From: a virus
DNA: 64,000 nt
IMG/VR virus record: IMGVR_UViG_3300023174_000112
Coordinates: 26,133-90,132 of that record
Reading direction: 5' to 3' (one strand)
Shown here: positions 48,634 to 57,742 of the stretch, one piece after another
Numbering within the stretch: position 1 is the first letter of the stretch
Layout: each line of letters starts with the position of its first letter
Translations under genes and position numbers: made by a program
The notes under the pieces: generated by a model
Database searches by the model: none
What the model saw: only the letters and a program-made list of their open reading frames with translations
Told to the model about the DNA's origin: nothing

Positions 48634-48747
48634 ATGACTGATCAAGAACGCTGGCAAAGAGACTTGGCAGAAATGGAATTCTTTTTGCTAATATTCTTTA
48701 TTGAAGCCTGGACGGGTTTTTGGTGGTGTGTGAGTCATGTCAGTTAA
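48634..48747 (+). CDS. Small membrane peptide (37 aa; not in ORF track)
   Basis: MTDQERWQRDLAEMEFFLLIFFIEAWTGFWWCVSHVS; starts immediately after the upstream stop. Confidence 0.5.
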   Translation: MTDQERWQRDLAEMEFFLLIFFIEAWTGFWWCVSHVS

Positions 48748-48755
48748 ATATTCAC

Positions 48756-49523
48756 ATGAAAATTGTAATTGTCACGGGTGGATTTGACCCACTGCATTCC
48801 GGGCACATAGCCTATTTCCAAGCAGCCAAGGCCCTGGGGCACAGACTGGTAGTTGGACTCAATTCGGACGACTGGTTGGTACGCAAAAAAGGCCGACCAT
48901 TCATGCCCATGACCGAGCGCAGAGCCATTGTGGAAAATCTCTCCATGGTGAATCGTGTGATTGAGTTTGATGACTCTGATGACAGTGCTCGGGATGCTAT
49001 ACGCCTGGCCAAATTGTACTATCCCATGCCTGGTGCCAAGTTTATCTTTGCCAATGGCGGCGATAGAACACAAGACAACATTCCTGAAATGTCAGAAATC
49101 AACGTGGAATTTGTTTTTGGTGTTGGCGGCGAAAACAAAAAGAATTCTAGTTCGTGGATATTGGAAGATTGGAAAAAACCCAAGACCGAACGTACCTGGG
49201 GTTACTATCGTGTGTTGCATGAAGTCGGACCTTATACCAAACTCAAAGAACTCACTGTAATGCCCAAGACCTGCTTGAGCATGCAACGCCATGACAGTCG
49301 TGCAGAATTTTGGTTTGTGGCCGAAGGCAATGCCACAGTGTACACACTAGATGAGGCCAGTACAGATCAAGAAGTCAAATGTCACTTGACTGTGCATGAA
49401 AACACATTTATTGCTGTAAATGAATGGCATCAATTGTGCAATGAAAGCGATCAACCGTTGAAGTTGATTGAAATCCAATACGGTGAACGCTGTGTTGAAG
49501 AGGACATTGAACGCAAACCATGA
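48756..49523 (+). CDS. Cytidylyltransferase-family (TagD/RfaE-like) domain fused to a PMI-type-II cupin
   Basis: GGFDPLHSGH (HxGH), NGGDR, NSSS; RTWGYY..LSMQRH..RAEFW..WHQL..EIQYG..EEDIER. Confidence 0.9.
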   Translation: MKIVIVTGGFDPLHSGHIAYFQAAKALGHRLVVGLNSDDWLVRKKGRPFMPMTERRAIVENLSMVNRVIEFDDSDDSARDAIRLAKLYYPMPGAKFIFANGGDRTQDNIPEMSEINVEFVFGVGGENKKNSSSWILEDWKKPKTERTWGYYRVLHEVGPYTKLKELTVMPKTCLSMQRHDSRAEFWFVAEGNATVYTLDEASTDQEVKCHLTVHENTFIAVNEWHQLCNESDQPLKLIEIQYGERCVEEDIERKP

Positions 49524-50209
49524 CACCTATACCTATCTTTGTGGGTTACGATCCTAGAGAAGCTGTGGCATATCATGTGTGCGTGAACAGCATTATCAGA
49601 CATGCCAGTCAGCCAGTGGCCATTGTGCCTGTGGCCTTGAACTTGTTTCAAGACTATGATGAAACACACACTGACGGCAGCAATCATTTTATCTACACAC
49701 GGTTCCTTGTGCCACACTTGATGGACTATCATGGTTGGGCCATATTCATTGACGGTGATATGATTGTACGTGACGACATTGTAAAACTGTGGAATCTACA
49801 AAGTCCTTACAATGATGTCATGGTTGTCAAACACGATTACAAAACAAAGATGACTGAAAAGTACCTGGGTTCAAAGAACGAAGACTATCCAAGAAAAAAC
49901 TGGTCAAGCGTGATACTATGGAACTGTAACAGTTATCCCAATCGCCAACTTACTCCTGAATTTGTGCAAAGCAAGCCTGGCAGTTTCCTGCACAGATTTA
50001 GCTGGTTAGATGATACTCGTATAGGCGAATTACCCCCAGAATGGAATTGGTTGCCTGATGAATACGGGCCAAACCCCGATGCCAAGCTCTTGCACTACAC
50101 CTTGGGCACTCCATGCTTTGATGAATTCCATGATACACCACAAGGTGAAGAATGGCACCACGAACGCACACTAACCGATTACTGTCAGCAAAGAACACAC
50201 AATGAATGA
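49520..50209 (+). CDS. GT-A fold glycosyltransferase (GT8-like)
   Basis: IFVGYDPRE, FIYTRFLVP, FIDGD (DxD), YPRKNWSS, WNWL, LHYTLGTP. Confidence 0.85.
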   Translation: MTPIPIFVGYDPREAVAYHVCVNSIIRHASQPVAIVPVALNLFQDYDETHTDGSNHFIYTRFLVPHLMDYHGWAIFIDGDMIVRDDIVKLWNLQSPYNDVMVVKHDYKTKMTEKYLGSKNEDYPRKNWSSVILWNCNSYPNRQLTPEFVQSKPGSFLHRFSWLDDTRIGELPPEWNWLPDEYGPNPDAKLLHYTLGTPCFDEFHDTPQGEEWHHERTLTDYCQQRTHNE

Positions 50210-51191
50210 TTGGGAACTGGAAGACGAAACATCATATCTGCCGCCAGCGAAGCCAGCGCCGCATGAATTTGATTTGTTACCACCTGAGGTTAAAAAAATA
50301 CTCCATGACATAGTAAAGTATCGAGTAGACCCAGCGGGAGATTATTATGGTATGAATTTTGATGTGATAGCTGAAAAGATTCGTGCATTAGACACACAGG
50401 CCATACATGCCATCGAAAGCGAATACAGATATGAAAGAAAAGGTCACATGTACGATCCCATCTTAGAAAGTTTTGTGCGAGGTTGCGGTGGGCAAATAAC
50501 CACCTGGAGCAAAACAGAGTCAATGCCTACTCCAATAGTGTTGCGAGGAATTACCAAACGCAAACAAATGGACGCATGCCGAACCATGGGCAAAGACTTT
50601 TATTATATAGACACCGGATACTTTGGCAACGGTAAGAAAAAACTTTATCATAGAATTACAAAGAATGATGTGCAAAATTTTGGACCTGTGATTGACCGCC
50701 CCAGTGATAGATTTGCCCGCACCGGTATTCAGCTCAAAAAAGTACGTGCAGATGGCAGCAAAATATTGTTGGCTCCGCCCAGTCAAAAGTTGTTGAACCT
50801 GTATGACATAGACCTTGAACAATGGTTACAACAAACACTGGCAGAAATCAGCGCTCATACAGATCGTGAAGTAGTGATACGCCGCAAACAAGGGCGCAGT
50901 GTTCGAATCAATGATGACACAATAGAAATGGCCCTGGACCAAGACATTTATTGTTTGATAACTTATTCCAGCATTGCTGCTGGCGAAGCCATACTGCATG
51001 GCAAGCCAGCTATCACACTTGGACCCAATGCCGCTGCCGCTGTGTGCAGTACTTCAATCTCTGAAATAGAATCAATACGACGACCCGGCCTTGATGAAAT
51101 TGCAACCTGGGCACATCACATGGCCTACTGCCAATTTACGGAAGCAGAAATGCGCGATGGCACAGCTTGGAGAATATTGCAAGGTGGTTGA
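50202..51191 (+). CDS. KpsS/KpsC-like (capsule synthesis) putative glycosyltransferase
   Basis: IDTGYF..RI; C-terminal TYSSIAAGEAILHGKP..LAY/QF..E motif shared with three paralogues. Confidence 0.6.
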   Translation: MNDWELEDETSYLPPAKPAPHEFDLLPPEVKKILHDIVKYRVDPAGDYYGMNFDVIAEKIRALDTQAIHAIESEYRYERKGHMYDPILESFVRGCGGQITTWSKTESMPTPIVLRGITKRKQMDACRTMGKDFYYIDTGYFGNGKKKLYHRITKNDVQNFGPVIDRPSDRFARTGIQLKKVRADGSKILLAPPSQKLLNLYDIDLEQWLQQTLAEISAHTDREVVIRRKQGRSVRINDDTIEMALDQDIYCLITYSSIAAGEAILHGKPAITLGPNAAAAVCSTSISEIESIRRPGLDEIATWAHHMAYCQFTEAEMRDGTAWRILQGG

Positions 51192-52125
51192 TTGTGTGGT
51201 TTACATCAGTTCAGTGGCCAACGTTCGCAAACACACAAGAAAGATTGAATGCTTGGAAAGTTTTGCTGAAGGGGTACGTGCCACAGGCAATTCAGTTGTG
51301 ACCGAATGGGAACACCGATACACACCCAGCCGACTGGCAGTGATGTTGGGCTGGGCCACCACAAACACAGGTGGTCGAAACATTGTGTTGCGCAAACAAA
51401 TCATTGCAGATCAACGTCGACTTGGCAATCACACCATGTGCATTGACGCCAGTTGTTGGAAGTATCTTGACGAGCAAGGCAGTTATCTACGCTACAGTCT
51501 CAACGGACCATTTTATGACCGTGCAGAGTATGCCAATCGCAACAGCACTGATGCCAAATGGCAGGAAATAAGTCAGACCTTGGGAGTGACTTTGCAAGCA
51601 CATCAGCGCAACGTCAACGGACACATACTGATCTGTATGCAACGTGATGGCGGCTTTGCAATGAAAACGCTGAGTCCCATGGATTGGTTGCAAAACAAAA
51701 TACACGAGATTAGGTCAGTCACACAACGTCCCATACACATTAGACCACACCCCGGCAAATACAACATGCAAGACTTCAATGCGTACAGTGGAAGAGACGC
51801 AAAAAGACAAAGCATTACCTTGATTGATCCCAGTCGAAGCCGACTGTTAGACAATTTACAAAATGCACACTCAGCAGTGTTTTTTAACAGTTCAGCCAGT
51901 GTGGCAGCGGCGTGTGCTGGCATACCTGTGTTTGTGGATGATGCCAGTTGTGTGGCATGGACAGTGGCCAATCATGATATCGCCAAGATTGAAACACCTG
52001 CTGAGTTTTCTCGAGAGCAATGGATATATGATCTAGCCGCTGCTCATTGGAGTGATGAAGATGCACGACAGGGCCGCATCTATCAAAAATTCTTGCCTTA
52101 TTTGACTTCCACAGTAACGTCATAG
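51184..52125 (+). CDS. KpsS/KpsC-like putative glycosyltransferase
   Basis: ILICMQ, IRPHP, FNSSASVAAACAGIPVF. Confidence 0.6.
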   Translation: MVDCVVYISSVANVRKHTRKIECLESFAEGVRATGNSVVTEWEHRYTPSRLAVMLGWATTNTGGRNIVLRKQIIADQRRLGNHTMCIDASCWKYLDEQGSYLRYSLNGPFYDRAEYANRNSTDAKWQEISQTLGVTLQAHQRNVNGHILICMQRDGGFAMKTLSPMDWLQNKIHEIRSVTQRPIHIRPHPGKYNMQDFNAYSGRDAKRQSITLIDPSRSRLLDNLQNAHSAVFFNSSASVAAACAGIPVFVDDASCVAWTVANHDIAKIETPAEFSREQWIYDLAAAHWSDEDARQGRIYQKFLPYLTSTVTS

Positions 52126-52655
52126 ACTTGGCCCACGACGCCAGGCCATTTTTGACTTTTATCAAACACAGCAATTTCTTCTTTGACTATGGTCACATTC
52201 ATGTTGGCCAACAGTTGTTTGCGCCACCAGTCTGGTGATTCCACAATCAAGTGAGCATTGCGACCATCAGGCAAGTGTTTTTTTGCAGGATAGCAAGCAA
52301 TTCTAAACCATCCGGCAACAATTATTCGGTCACTGATCAACTGCAACGTGCTGGCCAGGTGTTCTGGTTCTATGTGCTCAAACACATCAGCACTGACCAC
52401 TGCATCAAATGATCTTTTGGGCATGCGATTGTGTTCAGGATTTCCTGGATCGTAACCTTCCACACGTATGTTGGGATATGCTTGTGAAATACTGGCCATC
52501 AAGGCACCGTGCCCGCAGCCAAAATCCATGATACTGGTAGGCAGATACTGATCAATAAATGGGCTGATGGCTCCCAGCATTTTGCTACCTCTGACAAATT
52601 GTCCTTGGCTGTGCATTTTGGCCAGTTGTGCTTGATATTCAGGATCAATTATCAT
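52098..52655 (-). CDS. Class I SAM-dependent methyltransferase
   Basis: MDFGCGHG, YDP, DVFEHI, GRNAHLI. Confidence 0.85.
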   Translation of the reverse strand: MIIDPEYQAQLAKMHSQGQFVRGSKMLGAISPFIDQYLPTSIMDFGCGHGALMASISQAYPNIRVEGYDPGNPEHNRMPKRSFDAVVSADVFEHIEPEHLASTLQLISDRIIVAGWFRIACYPAKKHLPDGRNAHLIVESPDWWRKQLLANMNVTIVKEEIAVFDKSQKWPGVVGQVYDVTVEVK

Positions 52656-53329
52656 CGGTGATTTACTTCCACAAACTCATACTTACCAACAAATGTTTCT
52701 GGCACATCTTGCCAAGTACCGGACAACTGATCATCCATCCACTCTGGGTAGTAAGGTCGATCCTTGAACCACCAAAACAAATCACTGCCTGACCAATTGG
52801 CATAGTATTTTTTAAAAAATTCTCGTGTTCTGGGTTCACAAAAATAATCAGGGTCATACATGGTCTTTTTGTCTTTGGCTTGTCGTTGAAAATTTATACC
52901 AATAAAACAAAATTTTCCAGCATGTTGTTCTAACATTTCGCGGACCCAAGTCATATCGTCATCGGGTATACTGTTTAATACCTGTGTGCATATCACCCCG
53001 TCAAACTTTTTGTTTTTTGGAGGTTTCCGATTTAGTCCCTTGACGCATGGATCATATTTGAATACTTTGACCCCAAGGTATTGATCAAATGTTTGCCACT
53101 GGTCTATGGGCAACTCTTCGCCTGGTTCAGCACCATAAGGCAAAGGTTCAGTGTACTGTAATCCTTTGCCGCAGCCGTAGTCTAGTATGGTCTTGGCACC
53201 ATATCGAACCACTAGGTCTTTGATCTTTTTTTGATATTTGATAACATCGTAGCCCGCCCAGCTTTTGTTTTCTTGTTGAAACTGAGTGCCCAGTTTGACA
53301 CTTTTCTTGTAGTAAGAACTCACCGCCAT
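52652..53329 (-). CDS. Class I SAM-dependent methyltransferase (paralogue)
   Basis: LDYGCGKG, YDP, FDGVICTQVL. Confidence 0.8.
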   Translation of the reverse strand: MAVSSYYKKSVKLGTQFQQENKSWAGYDVIKYQKKIKDLVVRYGAKTILDYGCGKGLQYTEPLPYGAEPGEELPIDQWQTFDQYLGVKVFKYDPCVKGLNRKPPKNKKFDGVICTQVLNSIPDDDMTWVREMLEQHAGKFCFIGINFQRQAKDKKTMYDPDYFCEPRTREFFKKYYANWSGSDLFWWFKDRPYYPEWMDDQLSGTWQDVPETFVGKYEFVEVNHR

Positions 53330-53970
53330 CCCATGATCCAATCGTCACGCACTTGATCTAGTTTGATCATGCCCCATTCTTGCAACAGCGCCACTGCCGC
53401 AAACTGTCCGTATTGCTTGCTGTATGCATCATGTGGTTTTTGTTCTATCACTACTACAGGTCTGCAACGGCAAATGGTTTGTTCTGCACCTTGCAATATG
53501 CGATACTCGTAACCTTCGCAGTCAATTTTGATATAACTCACATCATGAAAATTCAGCGTATCCAGTCGAACCACTTGCACATCGCCGGTGCCCATGGTAG
53601 CAGGATCAAGATGGCTGTGTCCTGAATTATCTTCAGTGATGATCATGGTTCCTTGTGTGTCTTGATCGCCCAAGGCAATTGGTTGAACTTCAAAGTTCTT
53701 GCCTTGCACATTGTGCTCTAAACATTCTCTAAACACAGCCACTGGTTCAAATGCTATCACACGTTTGAAACTGCCAACAAAGTCGCGGCTCCACAAGCCC
53801 ACATTGGCACCAATGTCCAGGGCCAGGTCTCGATTTTTACACAGTTCAATACTTCGTCGACGCACAGCAACTTGATATTCAGCTGGGAGACCTTTGTCCA
53901 CACTTTTCTTCAACATTCGCGGAAGGTGTGTTTCAAAGTCCGGGAATTTCCATCCATAATGCTCAACCAT
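53320..53970 (-). CDS. FkbM-family methyltransferase
   Basis: LDIGANVG, AFEP, ALG, IKIDCEGYE..GA. Confidence 0.9.
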   Translation of the reverse strand: MVEHYGWKFPDFETHLPRMLKKSVDKGLPAEYQVAVRRRSIELCKNRDLALDIGANVGLWSRDFVGSFKRVIAFEPVAVFRECLEHNVQGKNFEVQPIALGDQDTQGTMIITEDNSGHSHLDPATMGTGDVQVVRLDTLNFHDVSYIKIDCEGYEYRILQGAEQTICRCRPVVVIEQKPHDAYSKQYGQFAAVALLQEWGMIKLDQVRDDWIMGWR

Positions 53971-54766
53971 TTAATATCTCCTCAGTTTGTTTAATTATAC
54001 GTTCGGCTGTGCCGTTTTTGAATTCGCTGATATGAAACTGAGCATAGGCCAAGTGATTGGCCCAGGCCTGTATCTGGTCTGTATCTGGAAACCACGGTGT
54101 TTCAATTTGTGCTAAATCCAAATTGGCCACAGGACGAGCTGCATTGCACGGAGCCAGCACAAACACAGGTGTGCCAGCCAACACAGATTCGGTTGCGGCA
54201 ATGCTGTTGAAGGTGACCACAGCGTGTGTATCAGTCATTGATTGCTCTACACGATTTGTTTTTCTTTCATTGCGGCTGCGAGTGCGTTCACGAACAACAA
54301 TGGGTCGATCTGTGTGTTGTTTGATGGTGTCAATGGTTTGCGTGAGCCAGACATCTAATTCTATGCCGTAAAATTTGCAAGGCTTTTCATCAGGAGCAAC
54401 AATCAGTATTGAACTGCCACGCCGCCGACGTGATATTTCAAGTCCTAGTCGGTGCCATCTATCACTGGCTCGGGGTATCACTTGATCGTGTTGCAAGTTG
54501 TTGGGCACAACGCGATGCCACAGTTTCCATCCATGTGGGTTGTTGAATCCTGGCCGATTGCCCAGGTATCCAGAGTCCATGTACCTAAATGGTCGCCCAT
54601 CAGCCCAGCATTGTTTGATGATCTTGTGTTTCATTATGCCACGCAACATCAAGGGTTCTGTGCTGTCCTCATAGCGCCATGACTCCAATGGTGTGGGCTG
54701 TTGTCCTAGTCCATGCGCATACATGTCAATGTATTCGTCATCGCCATTCTTGCTGAGAAAAATCAT
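53963..54766 (-). CDS. KpsS/KpsC-like putative glycosyltransferase
   Basis: MDSGYL; VTFNSIAATESVLAGTPVF; LAYAQF..E. Confidence 0.6.
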   Translation of the reverse strand: MIFLSKNGDDEYIDMYAHGLGQQPTPLESWRYEDSTEPLMLRGIMKHKIIKQCWADGRPFRYMDSGYLGNRPGFNNPHGWKLWHRVVPNNLQHDQVIPRASDRWHRLGLEISRRRRGSSILIVAPDEKPCKFYGIELDVWLTQTIDTIKQHTDRPIVVRERTRSRNERKTNRVEQSMTDTHAVVTFNSIAATESVLAGTPVFVLAPCNAARPVANLDLAQIETPWFPDTDQIQAWANHLAYAQFHISEFKNGTAERIIKQTEEILNG

Positions 54767-55566
54767 CTCCAGTAACTTTCGTTTCTTTTGACTCGTAAAT
54801 CAGATGACCGACTCTTACCCAGACCTTTGCGTTCGCCTTTGAGGTGATCAATATACGCACCCCATTCGCAATTGATCAGTGGATGACCTTCGCCCATTTG
54901 CAAGTGTGCTGTCCAATTTAGTTCACGCAAGGCGTGTCGTTTTCTCACTGCGTCAAACACATAACTGTCATGCCATTCGTCTAAAGTAAAGATTCCTTGG
55001 TCAGCATCATCATACATGTGTTGGAAATCTTTTAACCAGAATCGCACCGCGGGTTGAGTAATGTGCATGCCATACAGGCCACATTCGGTAAATTTTTTAC
55101 TGCGTCCAGCAAAACAAAGATCGGTCGAATCTGGAAAAAACTCTGCCAACTTTTGAACAGTCATTGGGCTGTGGCACACCATGTCAGCATCCATCCAAAT
55201 CAACCACTCTGTTGTGGCATGTTCAGCGGCATGAAATATAGCATACACTTTGTGAGCAAATCTCACAGCATGCCATTTGAATCCTTTGCCTGCATCTTTT
55301 CTTTTTGATCTAATAGGATCTGCTGTGACATCACCATTGGCCTTGGGCACGTTGCGCCAGGTGTTTTTAAATGCAACCAACTCAGGACTTGACCCTTCTA
55401 AATTCAACACCTCTAAATTGGGTGCTGTTTCGGTCACACGACAACCTTCAGCATACACTTTGAGCAACACATCTTGTGGCCATGTTTGTAAAAAAGTTTC
55501 AATCATACGCCGTCCGTATTTCTCATGACCGCTGGCATTAAAGGTGGTAACTACAGTGTATTTCAT
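54763..55566 (-). CDS. GT-A fold glycosyltransferase
   Basis: VRFAHKVYA, IWMDAD (DxD), EWHDSYVFD, HLKG; TAAATA 5 nt upstream. Confidence 0.75.
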   Translation of the reverse strand: MKYTVVTTFNASGHEKYGRRMIETFLQTWPQDVLLKVYAEGCRVTETAPNLEVLNLEGSSPELVAFKNTWRNVPKANGDVTADPIRSKRKDAGKGFKWHAVRFAHKVYAIFHAAEHATTEWLIWMDADMVCHSPMTVQKLAEFFPDSTDLCFAGRSKKFTECGLYGMHITQPAVRFWLKDFQHMYDDADQGIFTLDEWHDSYVFDAVRKRHALRELNWTAHLQMGEGHPLINCEWGAYIDHLKGERKGLGKSRSSDLRVKRNESYWR

Positions 55567-55579
55567 CGGTGTATTTACA

Positions 55580-56431
55580 GTGATCAAAACCATAGCCTAT
55601 TTTCCTGCTCAGTGTGCAATGAATTCAAAATCTGTGATGGCAGCTTTTTTGGATTGTTGCCAAGCCGCGGGCATACAAACAAGAGAAAATGCCTGGGACG
55701 CAGATGCCGCTGTGATTTGGTCAGTGCTGTGGCACGGTAGAATGCGGCCAAACAAAGCAGTGTATGAGCACTATCGCAGTCAAAACCGACCAGTGATAAT
55801 CATTGAAGTGGGGGCATTGTATCGTGGCGAAACATGGAAAGTGTCTGTGAATCATATTACCAGTGCAGGATATTATGGACATCAGGAAAACTTGGATCGC
55901 AACCGCCCTGCACAATTACGCATAAGTTTGGCCAATCAGACCACTCCGAGTCCCGAAATTATCATTGCCGCACAGCATCAACGCAGTTTACAAGTGGCCG
56001 GCATTGACAGCATGGAATCTTGGATACTGACGCAAATTCAACTGTTGCGAAACTCAACCGATCGTCCCATACGTATAAGACCACACCCAAGGTCACCCGT
56101 AAATTTGTCAAGGTTACCTGCAGGAGTCAGCATGGAACAACCAAGACCTGTGCCCAATACCTATGATGGATTTGACATGCACTTCAATTGTCATGCAGTG
56201 GTGAACCTCAATTCAGGACCAGGCATACAGGCAGCAATTTCAGGTTGCAGGCCTGTTGTGGATCAATCAAGTTTGGCATATCCTGTGGCAGTGGGATATG
56301 CGGACATTGAACAACCTTATGAAGTAGACAGGGAAGCCTGGTTGATCAAGATATGCCACACTGAATACACAGTACAAGAACTACGAGAAGGACTATGGCT
56401 AAAAAGAATCCAATCCGCACTAACAACATAG
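55580..56431 (+). CDS. KpsS/KpsC-like putative glycosyltransferase (start uncertain)
   Basis: IEVG, AAQ, IRPHP, NLNSGPGIQAAISG. Confidence 0.6.
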   Translation: MIKTIAYFPAQCAMNSKSVMAAFLDCCQAAGIQTRENAWDADAAVIWSVLWHGRMRPNKAVYEHYRSQNRPVIIIEVGALYRGETWKVSVNHITSAGYYGHQENLDRNRPAQLRISLANQTTPSPEIIIAAQHQRSLQVAGIDSMESWILTQIQLLRNSTDRPIRIRPHPRSPVNLSRLPAGVSMEQPRPVPNTYDGFDMHFNCHAVVNLNSGPGIQAAISGCRPVVDQSSLAYPVAVGYADIEQPYEVDREAWLIKICHTEYTVQELREGLWLKRIQSALTT

Positions 56432-57138
56432 TCGATTGTGCGTGTGTGATACATAGTTCAGGATACAGTTGGACTTATGTAGAACACTTGTACAACATGT
56501 TGACACGTAATTTACCACAAGGCATAAGATTCCATGTGTACACAGAACATGATCGATCAGTGCCGCCGCACATGATCAAGCATTGCTTGACTGAGTGGGA
56601 AGGTATTTCGGGCCTGAAACGATCATGGTGGTACAAAATGCAGTTGTTCAATCCTGAACATCATCAAGGCAACATGTTGTATTTTGATCTTGATTGTGTA
56701 ATAATAAATGATTTGAGTTGGATCACAGCGTTGCACACAGACTACTTCTGGACCATTAGGGATTTTAGATATTTACAAAGTGCTGGTTTTAGTGGAATGA
56801 ACTCTAGTGTGATGTGGTGGAACGTGAACAAATTTGCACACATATGGCACGACTTTGAAAAGCTCAATGTCAACGATGTCACACGCCGGTACCAAGGCGA
56901 TCAAGATTACATAGGTGCAGTACTGTCTCCCACTCAGCGTAGACATTTTGAACAACAGCATTTGCAAAGCTGGCGTTGGCAAGTGGCTGATGGCGGATTT
57001 GATTTTGCAAAAAGAAAACCCAAGCTGCCTGGCACAGGCGCACAGGTCAGCGGCGATGCCAGTATACTGGTATTCCACGGCCGTCCCAAACCGCACGAAT
57101 GCTTGGATTATCCAGTGGTTGCTTCGCACTGGCGATAG
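56395..57138 (+). CDS. GT-A fold glycosyltransferase
   Basis: YSWTYVEHL, WWYKMQLF, YFDLD (DxD), NSSVM, GDQDYI, FHGRPKP. Confidence 0.85.
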   Translation: MAKKNPIRTNNIVDCACVIHSSGYSWTYVEHLYNMLTRNLPQGIRFHVYTEHDRSVPPHMIKHCLTEWEGISGLKRSWWYKMQLFNPEHHQGNMLYFDLDCVIINDLSWITALHTDYFWTIRDFRYLQSAGFSGMNSSVMWWNVNKFAHIWHDFEKLNVNDVTRRYQGDQDYIGAVLSPTQRRHFEQQHLQSWRWQVADGGFDFAKRKPKLPGTGAQVSGDASILVFHGRPKPHECLDYPVVASHWR

Positions 57139-57139
57139 T

Positions 57140-57213
57140 AGTACTTAGGTAGTACTTGACCAATAATTCCCAAAATGCTATAATTGTGGCTTACAAACAA
57201 ACAGGAGCCAGCC
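57140..57213 (+). promoter_or_regulatory. Early sigma70 promoter repeat 3 plus GGAGCCAGC RBS
   Basis: TTGACC 57156-17 nt-TATAAT 57179, identical to repeat 1; AGTACT-N5-AGTACT upstream. Confidence 0.85.
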
Positions 57214-57423
57214 TTGGGATATCGTGTAGTTGACACCCTAGACGTCATGCGTGACAAATACGGCCCTCGCAAGGGCTTGGAAGGCCCGTTCAACTTCAGT
57301 GGTCGTGTGTTGTATTATGACAACAAACAGGGCCAGTACTACGATCCTACTACTGACTTCTACGTAGAGCAAGCAGAAATGGATGCTATCAACACCCGTT
57401 TCTTTGAACAGTTCAAAAAGTAA
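57214..57423 (+). CDS. Hypothetical early protein (TTG start)
   Basis: SD 4-5 nt before TTG; GLEGPF..GRVLYYD..GQYYDPTTDFY. Confidence 0.75.
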   Translation: MGYRVVDTLDVMRDKYGPRKGLEGPFNFSGRVLYYDNKQGQYYDPTTDFYVEQAEMDAINTRFFEQFKK

Positions 57424-57496
57424 TACTCTAGTAGTACTTGACCAATAATTCCCAAAATGCTATAATAACCACATACAAAGCAAAAAGGAGCCAGCA
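57422..57496 (+). promoter_or_regulatory. Early sigma70 promoter repeat 4 plus GGAGCCAGC RBS
   Basis: TTGACC 57438-17 nt-TATAAT 57461, identical to repeats 1 and 3. Confidence 0.85.
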
Positions 57497-57679
57497 ATGC
57501 AGATCACCACAGCAATCAAACAAATACAAAAAGAAGCAGACTTCATGGGCATGGGCCTGTTGGAAACTTTGCAAGATATCCAAAAGCACGGCAAGATGCT
57601 TTACTGTGAAAAAACAATGGAAGCATTTGTTGTTTTTGTGCAACAAGGACAAGAACTGTTTGCCCCGGTTGACCAATAA
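57497..57679 (+). CDS. Hypothetical early protein
   Basis: 60 aa with its own promoter and SD. Confidence 0.75.
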   Translation: MQITTAIKQIQKEADFMGMGLLETLQDIQKHGKMLYCEKTMEAFVVFVQQGQELFAPVDQ

Positions 57680-57742
57680 TCCAACATTTGCTATAATAGA
57701 CACATAAACAGTAAACAACAACGCATTTCAAAGGAGCCAACA
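57669..57742 (+). promoter_or_regulatory. Early sigma70 promoter repeat 5 plus GGAGCCAAC RBS
   Basis: TTGACC-aataatccaacatttgc(17 nt)-TATAAT; aaGGAGCCAACaATG. Confidence 0.85.

Noticed and set aside
57156-57697. 29-bp repeats as a possible CRISPR array
   Set aside because: The intervening sequences are 200-250 bp genes, the repeats are -35/-10 promoters, and no cas genes are present.
57438-57707. ORF MTNNSQNAII... (and the similar tail of 15256..15504)
   Set aside because: It is a translation of the repeated promoter sequence, not a gene.
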